In this document: positions 14,735-29,077 of the stretch, piece after piece
Layout of the letters: every line of letters begins with the position of its first letter
Position numbering within the stretch: the stretch's first letter is position 1
NCBI GenBank assembly: GCA_951406725.2
Contig: OX597817.1
Coordinates: 33,666,001 to 33,730,000 of the forward strand
Direction of reading: 5' to 3'
Length of the DNA: 64,000 nt
From: Octopus vulgaris
Lineage: Eukaryota
Notes under the pieces: generated by a model
What the model was told of the DNA's origin: nothing
What the model saw: the letters and a program-made list of their open reading frames with translations, nothing else
Database searches by the model: none
Position numbers and translations under genes: made by a program

Positions 14735-15445
14735 GGCAAGTCAGTTACATCGAACTCAGCACTTGACTTGTACTTTATTTTATCCATCCGAAAGGGACAA
14801 AAGGTGAAGTTGACTTCTGCAGGTTTTGAACTCAGAATGTAAAGAGCCAGAAGAAATATCCCGAAGCATTTTGCGTTATTTCTTTATTGTTCACAGGGGA
14901 TATACAAGGGGAGTAAGTCGATTACATCGACCTCAGTGCGTAACTGGTACTTATTTAATCAACCTCGAAAGGATGAAAGGCAAAGTCGACCTCGGCGGAA
15001 TTGGAACTCAGAACGTAACGCAGACGAAATACCTATTTCTTTACTACCCACAAGGGGCTAAACACAGAGAGGACAAACAAGGACAGACAAACGGATTAAG
15101 TCGATTACATCGACCCCAGTGCGTAACTGGTACTTATTTAATCGACCCCGAAAGGATGAAAAGCAAAGTCGACCTCGGCAGAATTTGAACTCAGAACGTA
15201 ACGGCAGACGAAATACCTATTTCTTTACTACCCACAAGGGGCTAAACACAGAGAGGACAAACAAGGACACACAAACGGACTATGTCGATTATATCGACCC
15301 CCAGTAACTGGTACTTATTTAATCGACACCGAAAGGATGAAAAACAAAGTCCACCTCGGCAGAATTTGAACTCAGAACGTAACGGCAGACGAAATACGGC
15401 AACGCATTTCGCCCGGTGTGCTAACGTTCCTGCCAGCTCGCCGCC
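14735..15445 (-). mobile_element. SINE family B tandem array (~184-bp units)
   Basis: Head GGCGGCGAGCTGGCAG at the right end; repeated gcctttcatcctttcggggtcgat...taccag domain; unit junctions at ~15031 and ~15215. Confidence 0.9.
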
Positions 15446-18400
15446 CTGACATAAATATAAACATCACACAATCTCAAGTTCAAATTTTCTAAAGATTTTT
15501 GGAGAGCTACAACAAACTGTATTGATAAGTTATTGAAGAGTCAGGGAATCATCGGTTGTCTCTTGTGTCCACGACCAAGACATAAATTTCTTTCCAGCAG
15601 AAGAAATTTACTGTTGAAAGAATATATAGGAATATTTATTGATGTTTTATTTGTATAAAGCGGCAAAAGTAACAGAATCATTCGCATGTCGGGAATTTAA
15701 ATTCCGCCGAGGTCGACTTTACCTTTTATACTTCGGGATCGATAAAATAAGTACCAGTTGAACACTGGGGGGTCGATGTAATCGAGTTAATCATTCTATA
15801 AAATTGTGTCAAAATTTGAAACCAATATTCTATTAGTATAACTAGTACTTATCAATATTTTGTAAGTGATTCCCTTCGGCTCGCTAATTTGATGACATCA
15901 GCGATCTTCATTTAATCGTACTCTATCATGATATATTATGAAATCCAGGTCTCCACTATACGAGCATGATTCTACGAGTGTTTACATCAGCTTCAAATAT
16001 TTGATTCAAACTCGTTCGCGAATAGCATTTGGAGACGAGAGTAATGGACTCCACCCAGCTGATTTGCTTAATATAAGCTATATTCTGTTGTACTATAAAC
16101 ATACAATGATAATAAATTTAATTCAATTGAATACTGTGGTTATATTTCCAATGGGATATAGGGCTTGTTTGTATAAATGTTCCTGCTTCATGGATATGTA
16201 TGAAAACAATATTATAAAGCAACAGAGGAGCATTGAATCGTTTCCTGAATAATTTATTGATGTTTGGGTATTTACAAATGTTCCAACAAATATTCAGTTC
16301 ATGCTTGGAGTGATAATCTTGATGCTTCATCTTCCAATTCAATACCGCATTGCTTATTCATATTTCATAAACAAATGCAATTTATTCAAGACCAGCAAGG
16401 ACAAATTTTAACAACCGACGCTTTATTACTATGTATTTGGGCTCAAGTAATAAAGAATTAAAAGTTCCCAAGAAATTTCAAGCAAATGTGTCATGAAATC
16501 AATCTCAAAAAATATCTTTGTTTCGTGTGCTATTTATCAGTCAATTCACTGGGACAAAGCAATGTTTTAACGGGTTAAAATTTCTAATGTACAATGTTTG
16601 AATGTCTTTCCGTGTGTAGTCTGTGAAAACTACCGACAAAAGCGGCAAATGCTGTGATGCCAATTTGAGAATAAAAGGCTCAATATTGTCTCATAGGACC
16701 TAAGTACCTACTTGCTTCTTGCATTTCTCTGTATCTCTGTGAAATGCTTAATTCTGTTTTATCTAATTGTCATAAATAGGTTAATAATCTTCCACGAATA
16801 TCTGCCTGTAAAGTTATCGTAAGAGACAGTTAGCTTTCATTCAGCAAGATTCTATAAACCAAAACTGAATACTGACTCTACAATGTGCCCATGGCACGTG
16901 AAAACATATAAACGATTTCATCCCGAAGCTAGTCCTTTACCTTCTTAAACACACACACACACACACACACAAAAATCAAGCTCTAGGTACTGAATAGTTT
17001 TTCATATGAATCGCACGCGAAGCTTTCCGTGCAATTGATATGTTAAGTTCACTCATAAATTTATAGCAGTCTGATAATAGATTATTGTTGCTGATGGTGA
17101 TGCTGAGACTAAAGCGTTCCAGCCATGACCATTCCACCATTCCGTCTTTGTTTCAAAACAGTAAGGTGCGACTTAAGGGAGATTTGATTGCTATATCCGA
17201 TACGACATGTTTTAATGATATATAATCTTATAATCATCCAACCTTACTCGTAATCAAAATTCTTCCAAACGCTTTTATTTCATCGTGGGCTGTAAGAAAG
17301 ATTCAACGCTTCATTAATAGTGTAGCCAAGATAAATAGCTACTTTTTCAAGTGATGATATACTGTTTTTACCGTGCTCTGATTCCTAATTCATTACAGTC
17401 AAACAAAGACTCTGTGACTAGACTGAGGAAGCAAACCAAGTGATCAGCTTTAATTTCCAAATCATTACCAAGCAGGAAATTGAAATTATAATAACCCTGT
17501 AAATGCAGCGAAGGTCAGATGCGGTAACCCAACCGACCTCTTAAATTATATCTAGCTAGGTCTCACTATTTATGGATGCCTGTGAAGAGACAAAGGCTGG
17601 TAAATCGGCTTGGCAGAGAACTCGGGAACCCCATCCCTATTCATCCTGATGAGTGTATGAAGATTCAACGAATGGCTGTATGTGTGAAGTGTGAATCTGT
17701 GAATGTGTGAGTGCTTGTGTGTGTTGAGTATGTGTTGATTGAGGTTGCGTCTGTGACCCCCGACCATCATTCATATCGACAGGAATATCTATTTATTCAT
17801 TTTACATTCCGAGCTCAAATTTCTTCCACAAAGGTGGCGACTTCACCTTTTTGCTAACCAGAAAGTTTATGAAATAATTATTCACTAATTAGATCGATGA
17901 AACTCTTTTCCTCTTGCTAATGTCCCAATCAATAATAATAGTTCTGTAAAATGTCGGTCTAGGATTTATAATTGAACGAATTATTTAGAAGCTTAGAGTT
18001 TGTATTCAATTCGAGTAAATGTTTGTATAGTTTGTTTTTTTTTAATCTTAGGAGAGTCGATAAAAGATTTTATATTAAATTCTTGCATTTTCTAGAGAAG
18101 GTGTGCGGCTGATATGCTCTCAAAGTATGATAATGGTGCATATTTTATCATTGCTGCGGGAAAATAAAGGCAACATCGGCCCTGGCAAAACTTAAACTCA
18201 GATCGAAAAGGGACATAAAATATCGGAAGTTATTTTAGGAATCTTTACGATCTGCCATCCATCACTTGATAAACCAGTAAAAACGAATATTTTGAAATAA
18301 AAAGCCAGGTCGCCATATTTGATGTGTAAAGTTTAGGGATCATTGCTAAAGTATTTAATTTGCTCTTTGTGCTGTTTGATTTATTAACCATAACAGAACG

Positions 18401-21337
18401 AAGTAATCCAACAACTTGCGCTCCTTCGTTTTATCAATTCGGTTTTTAAGAATTAAATTTGAATAATACAGCAGTCATATCTGTTGCGCTTGACATCTTT
18501 TCTTATCAGGTTTTTCTACGCAGTGGAGGTATTTGTACAAAATCTCTTACGCTTGCTAAATATGTAAGAAAAAGATTTAATAGACTGATGCAAGATTGTT
18601 TTCAAATAGGTTTTATTTCTCATTTAACGCGTATTCAGGGAATGCTTCTGCGATAGGCAGCAACTCTTTCAAGATTAGATTTATCTTTCATCTACTAAGC
18701 TCGGCTCAGGTGTACGCTTGGGCGCTCTAGGTATCACATTTACTTTGCATTATTTATTATTCTTGCAGTTTAGGTAATCTGTAGCAAATCAAGCCTAATC
18801 TTATATTTAGAAATTACAATTGTTCGGCTATTTGCAAATAACGAATCTAGCATGCCAAAAATGGTATTCCTATCGCTTCTTATATCTGGTACTGCAAAGC
18901 TAGACCCGAACTAACCGTTGGAATTTAGGAAAATTAGTCAACATGTTGAATTGCTGTATTCACAGTTATCTTGTTTCTACTGAGATGTTATTAGTTTATT
19001 TCATTGATATTGTCAATCGATTTTGACTTATAGAACATTACGATACAACACCGATATTCCAAACACAACGTTAACAAATGAATCCAATGAAATTATATTA
19101 TACGCATACCAGAAAAAAGTATTTCCTTTCCTGATTTCTTTCTGAATAATATGTTCCGCAGAAATTGTCTTAATCTCATTTATTTGTTGCCCTGAATTAA
19201 GCCTGTTGTTACGATCTATCAAATTGTGAATTGTTTGCAGCAAAGAAATATTGCCTGCTACGCCATATATGTAAATGATATTAGTGAACGGAATAAATGT
19301 TTAGAATATGCATATTTTTATGGCTCTGTGCATAAAGCAATAAAGTGATAATTATTTATTGCATTGTGTCTTGTTTATAAAGGCTGAATCGTGGGTAAAG
19401 TCAGTCTTAAGCTCTCCATATCAAGTTGCCTAGTTCTTGTCTATTGGCACTATTTCTCAATGTAAGGATATCAATAAACAATTCATCTCCATTATATTTA
19501 ACACATATAATTTTGTATGTGTGTCGATTTGGTAATGTCTGTATTAATTCCATGTAGGTAACAGATGCAATGAAGTTGAATTTTGAAATGTAAAGAAATA
19601 CTTCTTAAGTTCCAACGAATTTTGCATTATTTCTGGTTTTATAATATGAAGTGGGTGAGAGCTAAATTTTCTCTTGGATATATTACCAGTCTATCCCTGA
19701 TAATATTCCCACATGATTTGTTATTCGTTTTTGACAGCTGAACTGAGGGAATGTATGATTAAATGCATTGCTCGAAAATATACAAAAATACTGCTGCGTT
19801 GCAAGCTTGAAATCACAATCTACACATTCGTAGTTCCATTCGGCTATAAAGTAATTGCTGTTTGGAAAAGGAAGTAAAGTAAGTCCCCTAGATATTAATG
19901 TCTTTGGCTCCCGGAACTTATAGGGCCGGTGAACTGGTTTCCATGGCGTACAAGCAACGGAGATCACGACATTTCCCCTGGACAGGACGCTAGACTGACT
20001 GTTTACAACTGACTGGACTGAAACAATGAGAAATAAAGTGTTTTGCTTGAGAATACAATGGAAAGCAGCACCTTGCTATCGCGAATGCAGCACCCTAACC
20101 GTTAGGCCACGCACTTCCGCTGAAGTTTGGAACCAGGGTTTTAAGGAAATACCAACAATGAAATTATATAAAGTTGAGATTTAAAACGTGATTTCGGTTA
20201 AGATGATAATGGGATGATGATGATAATAATAAATGTCATAGACTGAAATGTTGTTACTGTTGTTCAATACAAATGATGAGGATTGGGGTGATGATAATGT
20301 GAATTGCAGAGACAAAGAAATTAATGTCAGTGTTGTGGGGAGATGTTAGTGAGGATCGCTTATCGTTTACTCGTTAAAGGGTTTTAGTCGAATATATCAA
20401 TACCAGTACTTGTGTTTTTTTTTAATGTTTGGTATTTAGTCTATAGTTATCTCTTGCTAAACCGCTAAGTTATGAGGACGTAAACTTTCTAACACCGGTT
20501 GTCAAGCGGTGGGAACAACATAGAGACAAAAGCACAGTCACACGCGTATATGTATGGGCGTATGACTGTATACATTTATGTGTGCGTGTGTGTGAATATA
20601 CATATAAAATGGGATTCCACACAGTTTCCGTCCATCAAATTCACTCACTAAGGCAGTGATCGGCCCGGAGCTATAGTAGAAAACATTTGCTCAAAGTGCC
20701 ATACACAAGTCTTAAAGTTAAGGGTAAGATCCTTAATTTTAAGCCTTTTTTTTTTTTCTTTTTTTTTTTGTCTCCTCCAAAATAGTGAAAGGAATGCGGC
20801 TGGCGTTCAATTAAAATATCTGTCGACCGATGTCCGCAAGAAAAACATGGGTAGTGACAGATGACATCACACCCTTTAGAAGTGATGTTCATCTGTGAAG
20901 AGAAGCTGCAAAAATATCTTGGAATGATATGCAGTTAAGAGGTTTCCTTGATTATTGTATGGTTCCGGGATGGATTTTATTGCACTGTGCCCGGCACTGC
21001 CTTCTACCATAGCCTTCACGTCGAAGTGAAATTGGACCGACGGAAACTCTGAGAAAGGATGTCACACAGCCAGTAAATACCCTTGGCTGGTATAGCTAGC
21101 CTATAACTTGGTTTAACACCACTGCCTGATTCTTGCTGCTTTTAACATTATATTTTAGAAGCATTCGAACCAGGTTTTCTATTGAAGAATAATTTATGCG
21201 TTGTAGTTTCTTCTTCCATTTCATTCTCCAATCAAGGAGACCCAGGAAAATGCTGAATTCCACCTGCCTTAATAAGTGCTAAACATAAGCAGAGAAACAG
21301 CGACAATACTTTAAAATGACGAATGGTTCCGTGAACT

Positions 21338-21550
21338 AAGGCGGCGAGCTGGCAGAAACGTTAGCACGGCGGGCGAAATGCTTAGTGGTATTTCGTCTGT
21401 CTTTACGATCTGAGTTCAAATTCCGTCGAGGTCGACTTTGCCTTTCATCCTTTCGGGGTCGATAAATTAAGTAACAGTTGCGTACTGGGGTCGATCTAAT
21501 CGATTGGCCCCCTCCCCCAAAATTTTGGGCCTTGTGCCTAGAGTAGAAAA
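21338..21550 (+). mobile_element. SINE family B monomer with TSD
   Basis: 17-bp TSD gaatggttccgtgaact at 21321-21337 and 21551-21567. Confidence 0.92.
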
Positions 21551-22215
21551 GAATGGTTCCGTGAACTGAATGATATAGCAAAGTATGAAAAATCACTCAC
21601 GATAGACTGAAGTCTGGTTTAGAAGATTATTGTCTTATCTAATTCCAGCTATAAAAGAAAAATGAGAATTAAGCACTGGTCTAGTGAAAAAGTGAAGGTA
21701 ATGAAATATTTATAAGAAGTGAGGAAATAAAACTAAGTTATGTTTGTGCTCTTTCTCAAAAATTTTAATGGCGTAACTGATCTGCTATAGCTAAAGTTGG
21801 GAACCGAAATCGGAGTGAAGTCAATTATAATTGCCCGGTATCAAATGGTTGTTCCAATTAAAGAAACACAATGTATCACATATAAATCTCTAGTTGGAAT
21901 GGAATTCTGTTATATTCATGTTTTATTCGTAAGTTCATAAAAAGACATAAATGAACTTAATTGCTGCAACATGAAATCGAAATTGCTTCGCATAATCAAG
22001 ACATTGAATGTTTTAGCTCTGTTCGATAGAATACACATCCTACATATAAAATATTGATTTCCTTCAGCAATAACTCTTCAATATTATGGTGCGAAAAGAA
22101 ATCTCATTATATGTTCATGCCTTTCTTTCGACCATTACTGACCCTTACGAGTAAAATGAAACGACGTCATTATTAACCTGTGACCATTTGGTTTGTAAAA
22201 TAGAAAGCACAATAA

Positions 22216-22505
22216 GACGGCGAGCTGGCAGAAACGTTAGCACGCCGGGCGAAATGCGTAGCCGTATTTCGTCTGCCGCTACATTCTGAGTTCAAATTCC
22301 ACCGAGGTCGACTTTGCCTTTCATCCTTTCGGGGTCGATTAAATAAGTACCAGTTACGCACTGGGGTCGATATAATCGACTTAATCCGTCTGTCTGTCCT
22401 TGTTTGTCCTCTTGTGGGTAGTAAAGAAATAGGTATTTCGTCTGTCTTTATTATGTTCTGAGTTCAAATTCTACCGAAATTACTGGCCTTGTGCCAAAAT
22501 TTGAA
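22216..22505 (+). mobile_element. SINE family B copy
   Basis: Near-consensus head and central domain followed by a partial second unit. Confidence 0.88.
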
Positions 22506-22694
22506 ATTGATGTTTTAGAAACCCTTGCCGAGAATTATAGTATATTACGTGATGGTTGCTGATTCTAGTGACTCTGTCTTTGAATCGCTTATACTCCTCC
22601 CTCTTCATCTAGTTATTAGAGGGCGCCCCCTTAACCGTTGCAAGGTGATTTAGCAGACACTTATTGCAGAATTTTAAAAGTAATACCAACGAGA

Positions 22695-22880
22695 GAGCCT
22701 CTGTGTGGTTGCTCTACATGCTAGAAATAGCAACCAAATCACCCTCAAATCAGATTTTATCACCCTAAATAAAATGACACAATACATAATGTAGTTCTTG
22801 ATATATTTCTAAAGAGACACGTTTGTCATGATTGGAACGCTTTTGGTCATAAACTGATCAAAGTTGACTCGGCCCTAACA
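22695..22880. repeat. Older interspersed repeat family E
   Basis: gctagaaatagcagccaaatc...ggaatgcctttgatcatagg...ggctaaacaac-like sequence also at ~7.1-7.8, 31.8-32.1, 37.7, 43.5-43.7 and 47.4-47.6 kb. Confidence 0.7.
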
Positions 22881-23644
22881 AAAAAAAAAGACACTACCAC
22901 CACCACCACCAAGAGAATTTTTGAGAAACTCTAGGTGTCCACTGAATATGTAGCATAAGTGAAGTGAAATGGTTCGAAATCACATTCCGTGATGTTTTCA
23001 CGGTCAGTATTCTAGTTGTGCTTCTATTTTTTTTCTACTCTAGGCACAAGGCTCGAAATTTGGGCAGTTGATTAGATACCCCAGTACGCAACTGGTACTT
23101 AATTGACTGACCCCGAAAGGATGAACGGCAAAGTCTGCCAGCTCGCCACCCTAAGGGTTTCTAAAATATTACCAACCAAACCGGAACCCTTCTTACGGTC
23201 ACTCGAGCTGCAAGAAATAACAGCCAAATACCCCTCATCTCCCACTATACTGTCTTAAAGGAAAAGATTTATTGGTTAACTTATTCCTAAACGCTACATA
23301 CTTAAAATTGAAGAGAATGTCTTTGATCGTCAGTCTGAATAATAACAGTTGACTGGGGATAAGTAACATCAACAATATTAGTGATATCTCAAAATGCAGA
23401 ACGCTTACCAGAATATGGGTATGGGCTTCATTGATTCTCATTCCTGTTCTTTATAAATCTGAAATATTCTGCTAATAATTCAATATTAGATTCCTGTTTC
23501 CTATCATTCTGTACAGCCACCCAAGATGTAATCTCATTTCTAAAATACAATAATACTCCAATTGCGTTTTTCTTTTGTGCGCATGCGTGTGTGCGTGTTT
23601 GTGCCTTTGTTTTTAATCCACCGCTTTACTACAGTTATACTACT

Positions 23645-23871
23645 CTCTTTTTCTTTTCTCTTTTTTACTTGTTTCAGTCATTTTGACTGCGGCCATGCTG
23701 GAGCACCGCCTTTAATCGAGCAAATCGACCCCGGGACTTATTCTTTTGTAAGCTCAGTACTTATTCTATCGGTCTCTTTTGCCGAACCGCTAAGTAAAGG
23801 GGACATAAACACACCAACATCGGTTGTCAAGCAATGCTAGGGGGACAAACACAGACACACAAATACACACA

Positions 23872-23926
<55 letters not shown>

Positions 23927-24089
23927 GACGGGCTTCTTTCAGTTTCCGTTTACCAAATCCACTCACAAGGCTTTGGTCGACCCGAGGCTATAGTAGAAGA
24001 CACTTGCCCAAGGTGTCACGCAGTGGGACTGAACCCGGAACCATGTGGTTGGCAAACAAGCTACTTACCACACAGCCACTCCTGCGCCT
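23645..24089 (-). mobile_element. SINE family A, full length
   Basis: Head AGGCGCAGGAGTGGCTGTGTGG, B-box-like GGTTCAGTCC, internal (TA)n, degenerate (GAGTAAAA)n-like tail. Confidence 0.9.
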
Positions 24090-24562
24090 ACATGTAAATA
24101 AATTTATGATGTTCCTTGTAAAACAATTTTAAATACTCGGTAAATTACCCCACAAAAGCAGCAGGGATTTATAATTATAAGGTGTATGGTTTGTACAGAA
24201 CCAGTCCTATTCGTCCTTTAAACTTGTATTGGTCTTGTGCAAGAGACCTATGCTTTTAACGTAAATGAGAGAGGTATACACAGACAGATATGTCCGATCA
24301 AACTTAACCAATAACTGGCATCTCCTGCGGCTCCATAGATGCTGCGAACGTACTGGTTTCAAGTTTTGGCATAAGGCTAGCAATTTTGGAGATGGGGGTA
24401 AGTCATTTACATCAGCTCCAGTGTCCAACTGGTAATTATTTTATCGAAAGGGTGAAAGGCAAAGTCGGCCTCAGCAGCATTTGAACTCTGAACGTAAAGA
24501 CGGATAAAATGCTGCGAAATATTGATTTGTCTTTCCTTCATGGTAAGTGTACTTAACCACCT

Positions 24563-24952
24563 GTGTGGAGGCGCAATGACCCAGTGGTTAGGGCAGCGGA
24601 CTCGCGGTCATAGGATCGCGGTTTCGATTCCCAGACCGGGCGTTGTGAGTGTTTATTGAGCGAAAACACCTAAAGCTCCACGAGGCTCCGGCAGGGGATG
24701 GTGGTGATCCCTGCTGTACTCTTTCACCACAACTTTCTCTCATTCTTACTTCCTGTTTCTGTTGTACTTGTATTTCAAAGGGCCGGCCTTGTCACTCTCT
24801 GTGTCACGCTGAATATCCCCAAGAACTACGTTAAGAGTACACGTGTCTGTGGAGTGCTCAGCCACTTACACGTTAATTTCACGAGCAGGCTGTTCCGTTG
24901 ATTCGGATCAACCGGAACCCTCGTCGTCGTAATCGACGGAGTGCTTCCATCC
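24563..24952 (+). mobile_element. tRNA-derived SINE (family C variant with a different 3' tail) with TSD
   Basis: A and B boxes; 12-bp TSD acttaaccacct at 24551-24562 and 24953-24964. Confidence 0.88.
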
Positions 24953-25929
24953 ACTTAACCACCTATTCTGTACCTTGGCTGTTCCCAGAAGCAAGTGCTT
25001 GGGGCTAGGCTTTTGCTTCGGGAAACTGCCAAGGCACAGCAGAAGTGGTTAAGTTACTGATTCTGCAATACCATTGGCCAACGACGTAAAGTAGCCAACC
25101 GACAAAGTGAATTGGCAGATTCGTTGAGCGTCGGATAAAATACTTCTCGGTATTTGCTCCTACTCGCCGCACACTGAGTTCGAATTCCGCTGAGGTCAAC
25201 TTTTCCTTTCATTCTTTCGGGGTGAGTAAAATAAAATAGCAGTGTGAGGCAATAAGAACGTCGGATGGGATACATTTCTGTATTTGTTCCAGCTCTTTGC
25301 ATTCTGAGTTCGAAACTCTCATGGCCCACATGGTTAGTGGACTTAATCCGTTGCTCGTTTAGACACAGCCACATGACATGTTGAGTACTTTATCGGCATC
25401 CATTTTATTGCAAGCATTCGGGACCAGGTCTCCAGTTTGAAGATACTTTCTTCCCTCGGTCCCCTCCACTTCCATCAGTCTCGGAATAAGATCACAAAAC
25501 ATATTACATTTATGGAGATCTGAATCCTCTTTTCTGCAAAAAAAAATCAGGTTTTGAAGTAACATTTTACCCAGTATCTACCCATATTAATTTAGTATTT
25601 ACCCGTCTTACTATTCCTTTCTAGTAATGCAGCGAGCTGGCAGAGGTCATCTTCGCCTTTCGTCTTTTCGGGGTCGATGAAATAAATACCACTCGAGTCT
25701 ATGGGTCGATGAAATCGACTCTCCTCTGCCCCAAACCTGCTGGCTTTGTACTTTTTGTTGAAAGATGTGTTCATTTGCATGGAGAACAATGGTTTGGCAA
25801 ATTCTATAAAGCATTGGAAAAAGTACCTTGCTGTATTTGTTCAAGCCCCTTACATCCTGAGCTCAAATACCACCTGCACCAATAAGGTGCTTGGGATGAT
25901 GATATTTACAAATATCTAACTTTAAATTG

Positions 25930-26180
25930 GTGGAGGCACATGGCCTAGTGGTTAGAGTAGCGAACTCGCGGTCGAGAGATCGTGGATTCGAATCTCAGAC
26001 TGGGCAATGTGTGTGTTTATGAGCGAAACACCTAAGCTCCACGCGGCTCACGCTTTCTTCCTGCATCTAGCAGCTCACCTGCGACGGACCGGCGTCCCGT
26101 CCAGGTGGGGAACCTACACACCAATGAAACTTAGAAACCGGCCCTTATGAGCCAGGCATGGTTCAAGAAGGAACAAACAA
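25930..26180 (+). mobile_element. SINE family C, internally deleted
   Basis: Same head and tail as 7139-7633 but lacking most of the 90-bp unit; imperfect TSD aactttaa(a)attg. Confidence 0.82.
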
Positions 26181-26227
26181 CTTTAAAATTGCTAGCCTTG
26201 TACTTCAATCAGAAACCGTTCAACTGA

Positions 26228-27030
26228 AGGCGGCAAGCTGGCAGAGACGTTAGCACGCCGGGCGAAATGCGTAGCCGTATTTCGTCTGCTGCAACGTACT
26301 GAGTTCAAATTCCGCTGAGGTCGACTTTGCCTTTCATCCTTTCGGGATCGATAAATTAAGTACCACTTACGCACTGGGGTCGATGTAATCGACTTAATCC
26401 GTGTGTCTGTCCTTGTTTTTCTCTGTGTTTAGCCCCTTGTGGGTAGTAAAAAAAATAGAAATAGGTATTTTGTCTGTCGCTACGTTCTGAGTTCAAATTC
26501 CGCCGAGGTCGACTTTGCCTTTCTTTCGGGGTCGATTAAATAAGTACCAGTTACGCACTGGGGTCGATATAATCGACTTAATCCGTTTGTCTGTCCTTGT
26601 TTGTCCTCTCTGTGTTTAGCCTCTTGTGGGTAGTAAAGAAATAGGTATTTCGTCTGCCGTTACGTTCTGAGTTCAAGTTTCGCCGAGGTTGACTTTCCTT
26701 TTCATCCATTCGGGGTCGATAAATTAAGTACTAGTTACGCACTGGGGTCTATGTAATCGACTTAATCCCTTTGTCTGTCCTTGTTTGTCTCCTCTATGTT
26801 GAGTCCCTTGTGAGCAATAAAGAAATAAGAAACGTTAGCACGCCGAACAAAATGCTGAGAGGTATTTCGTCCGTCGCTATGTTCTGAGTTCAATTCCCGC
26901 TGCAATCGACTTGGCATTTCATCATTTCGGGGCCGATAAATTAAATACCAGTTGCATACTGGAGTTGATTAAATCGACTAGCCCCCTCCCCCAAAATCTC
27001 AGGCCTTGTGCCTATTGTAGAAAGGATTAT
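26228..27030 (+). mobile_element. SINE family B tandem array (4 units)
   Basis: Head at 26228; unit junctions at ~26462 and ~26642; a further headed unit from ~26830. Confidence 0.9.
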
Positions 27031-27894
27031 TATTCAACTGTAGACAGAACTATGTATTGTCAGAATCGTCAGAATATAGGAAAATTACCTTCCATATTTG
27101 TTCCGGTTTTTTATATTCCGAATTCAAACCCTACCAAGGTCGATAAAATAAAGTACCAATCAAGTACTGAAATCGATCTTTAAAAAATATCTGTCCTTAT
27201 GCCTAATTGGAAGCCATTATTCAACTATAGACACTCTAAATTGGCGAACCGAGTCAGTACAGCGACGAATCGAATATCTTGCGGTATTTATTTCGTCTCT
27301 CAGTGCCCGGAGTCAAATCCCGCCCAGGTCAACTTTGCCTTTCATCGTTTCTAAGATCGATAAATAAACTATCACATAAGGAGAATCAATTAATTCTCTC
27401 CCCCTCTTTCCCTTTCCCTTTTCCCCTTTTCCTTTCCCTCTCCCCTTCTTCCCCCTTTCTCTGAATCAATTCTATTGCACCGTGGAGAGAATCGAAGGGG
27501 ACCACTCCCGCAGCCCCTATCTGTAGAAAGGGAGAAAGTTGGGGAGAACGGGTATGACACACTTCTTATATATACACTAATAGAATTGTCTGAGGACAGA
27601 CTAATGTGCAGCACAGCTTAGAATGGAAATAAAGCAAATAGAGCCTCCATACGGTCAGTCAGCTTGCTAAAAATAGCAACTAAATCTCCCACTAATTACC
27701 CCTATCATCCTGAAAAAAGAACAAGGTTTTTAATAACAAACAAACGATATTACTATATATATTACTGCACACACACACACACACGCACACACACACACAC
27801 GAACGCACGCTCGCACCCACACACACACATGTATATATTTATGATATGGATATGTATGCGTCCGTGTGTATATAATCACAGAGACACATGTCTT

Positions 27895-27942
<48 letters not shown>

Positions 27943-28348
27943 TATGTATGCATGTATATATGCATGCATGAATGTATTTCGCTGTAATATTGCATGTGTA
28001 TACAATGCTAAACCTGTTGCTGTACGGCAAAAATGTTTTCATATTTATGCATTAATTTATATAAATATGCGTGGGCGTTGCGTTGCGTTGCACATATGCT
28101 AAATCAATTATGCAGCTATGTGGACGGACAGCCTAAAACACATGTAGATGTATGCCTATACACATACTAACACACGAGCACGCACATATACACGAATAAG
28201 GAAATACATAGGATAGTTACGTGTGTGTGTGCGTGCATGCGTGTGTGGCAGGTGTGTGTGCGTACGTGCGTGCATGTCTGGTTGTGTTTCTACAAGTGTT
28301 TCCTTTGTTTTTTCATAACTTATTCTTAAATTTGGTAACGTGTGCAAA

Positions 28349-28353
28349 TAATG

Positions 28354-28427
<74 letters not shown>

Positions 28428-28428
28428 A
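28349..28428. repeat. (AAT)n microsatellite
   Basis: Direct inspection. Confidence 0.95.
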
Positions 28429-28537
28429 CAGAAAAGAAAAAGAGAGAATGTTTCACATCCGCCTTTGGTCTGTCATCGAAGTAGGTGGGACCAAAAATTT
28501 CGATAAGTTTAAATTGAAAAGTACCACGAGAGTTTCT

Positions 28538-28569
28538 GATTGGTTGATTCAATGACAGGCTGCTATAAA
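28538..28569 (+). promoter_or_regulatory. Putative Pol II core promoter (inverted CCAAT plus TATA box)
   Basis: GATTGG at 28538-28543 and TATAAA at 28564-28569, ~400 nt upstream of the signal-peptide ATG, in SINE-free sequence. Confidence 0.45.
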
Positions 28570-28963
28570 CGGTTCCTGGTGTTTGCTTTAATTGAAGAAC
28601 TTGCAAGAATCGAAGACAAAGCATCCCACAAAAAAAAAAAAGAAGATAAATAAATGAATAAATAAATAATCATAAATCAGTTTTACTCTGAGTTCGACGC
28701 ACACAAGAAAACAAGCTTAGCTGCATATAGCATCACTTGCAGTAAGAACACTTGCAGTAACAACACTTGCAACAGTTGTCAGTAAAACCAGCAGCAGCAC
28801 CAGCACCAGCAGCAACAACTACAATAACAGAAGCAGCAACAACAGAAACATCAACAGTAGCAGCAGTATTGCCATTATTCGAGTGGGTGCTAAATTTTCT
28901 GGAGGTTTCTTTTATAAATATAAGAAGCTTCGTCCCGAATTCCATAACTGAAAAGTGAGAACC

Positions 28964-29077
28964 ATGAAGTTGATTGCGAGCGGATTCCTATTTTGTCTGT
29001 GCTGTTATATGGCATCGGCGTGGATTCCGCGTCTCCATGCCAATAGCTTTTGGCCACTGTCACGTGCTAGCAGCAGA
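28964..29077 (+). CDS. Probable first coding exon of a secreted or membrane protein (signal peptide); product unidentified
   Basis: accATG Kozak-like context; MKLIASGFLFCLCCYMASAWIPRLHANSFWPLSRASSR (basic n-region, hydrophobic core, A-S-A cleavage motif); ends at a consensus GTAAGT donor at 29078, phase 0; too short for the ORF track. Confidence 0.65.

Noticed and set aside
14735-15445. Regularly spaced repeats resembling a CRISPR array
   Set aside because: Whole ~185-bp units repeat with no unique spacers, no cas genes, eukaryotic SINE context
17641-17690. CTGATGA followed by GAAT...GTA as a possible hammerhead
   Set aside because: GAAA core imperfect and neither stem I nor stem II pairs convincingly
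20855-20897. Hairpin acagatgacatcac / gtgatgttcatctgt as a possible pre-miRNA
   Set aside because: Stem only ~14 bp, too short, and no miRNA that I recognise
24563-24645. tRNA-like A and B boxes as tRNA genes (also 25930, 36105, 44618)
   Set aside because: They are SINE heads continuing into SINE bodies with TSDs; no complete cloverleaf
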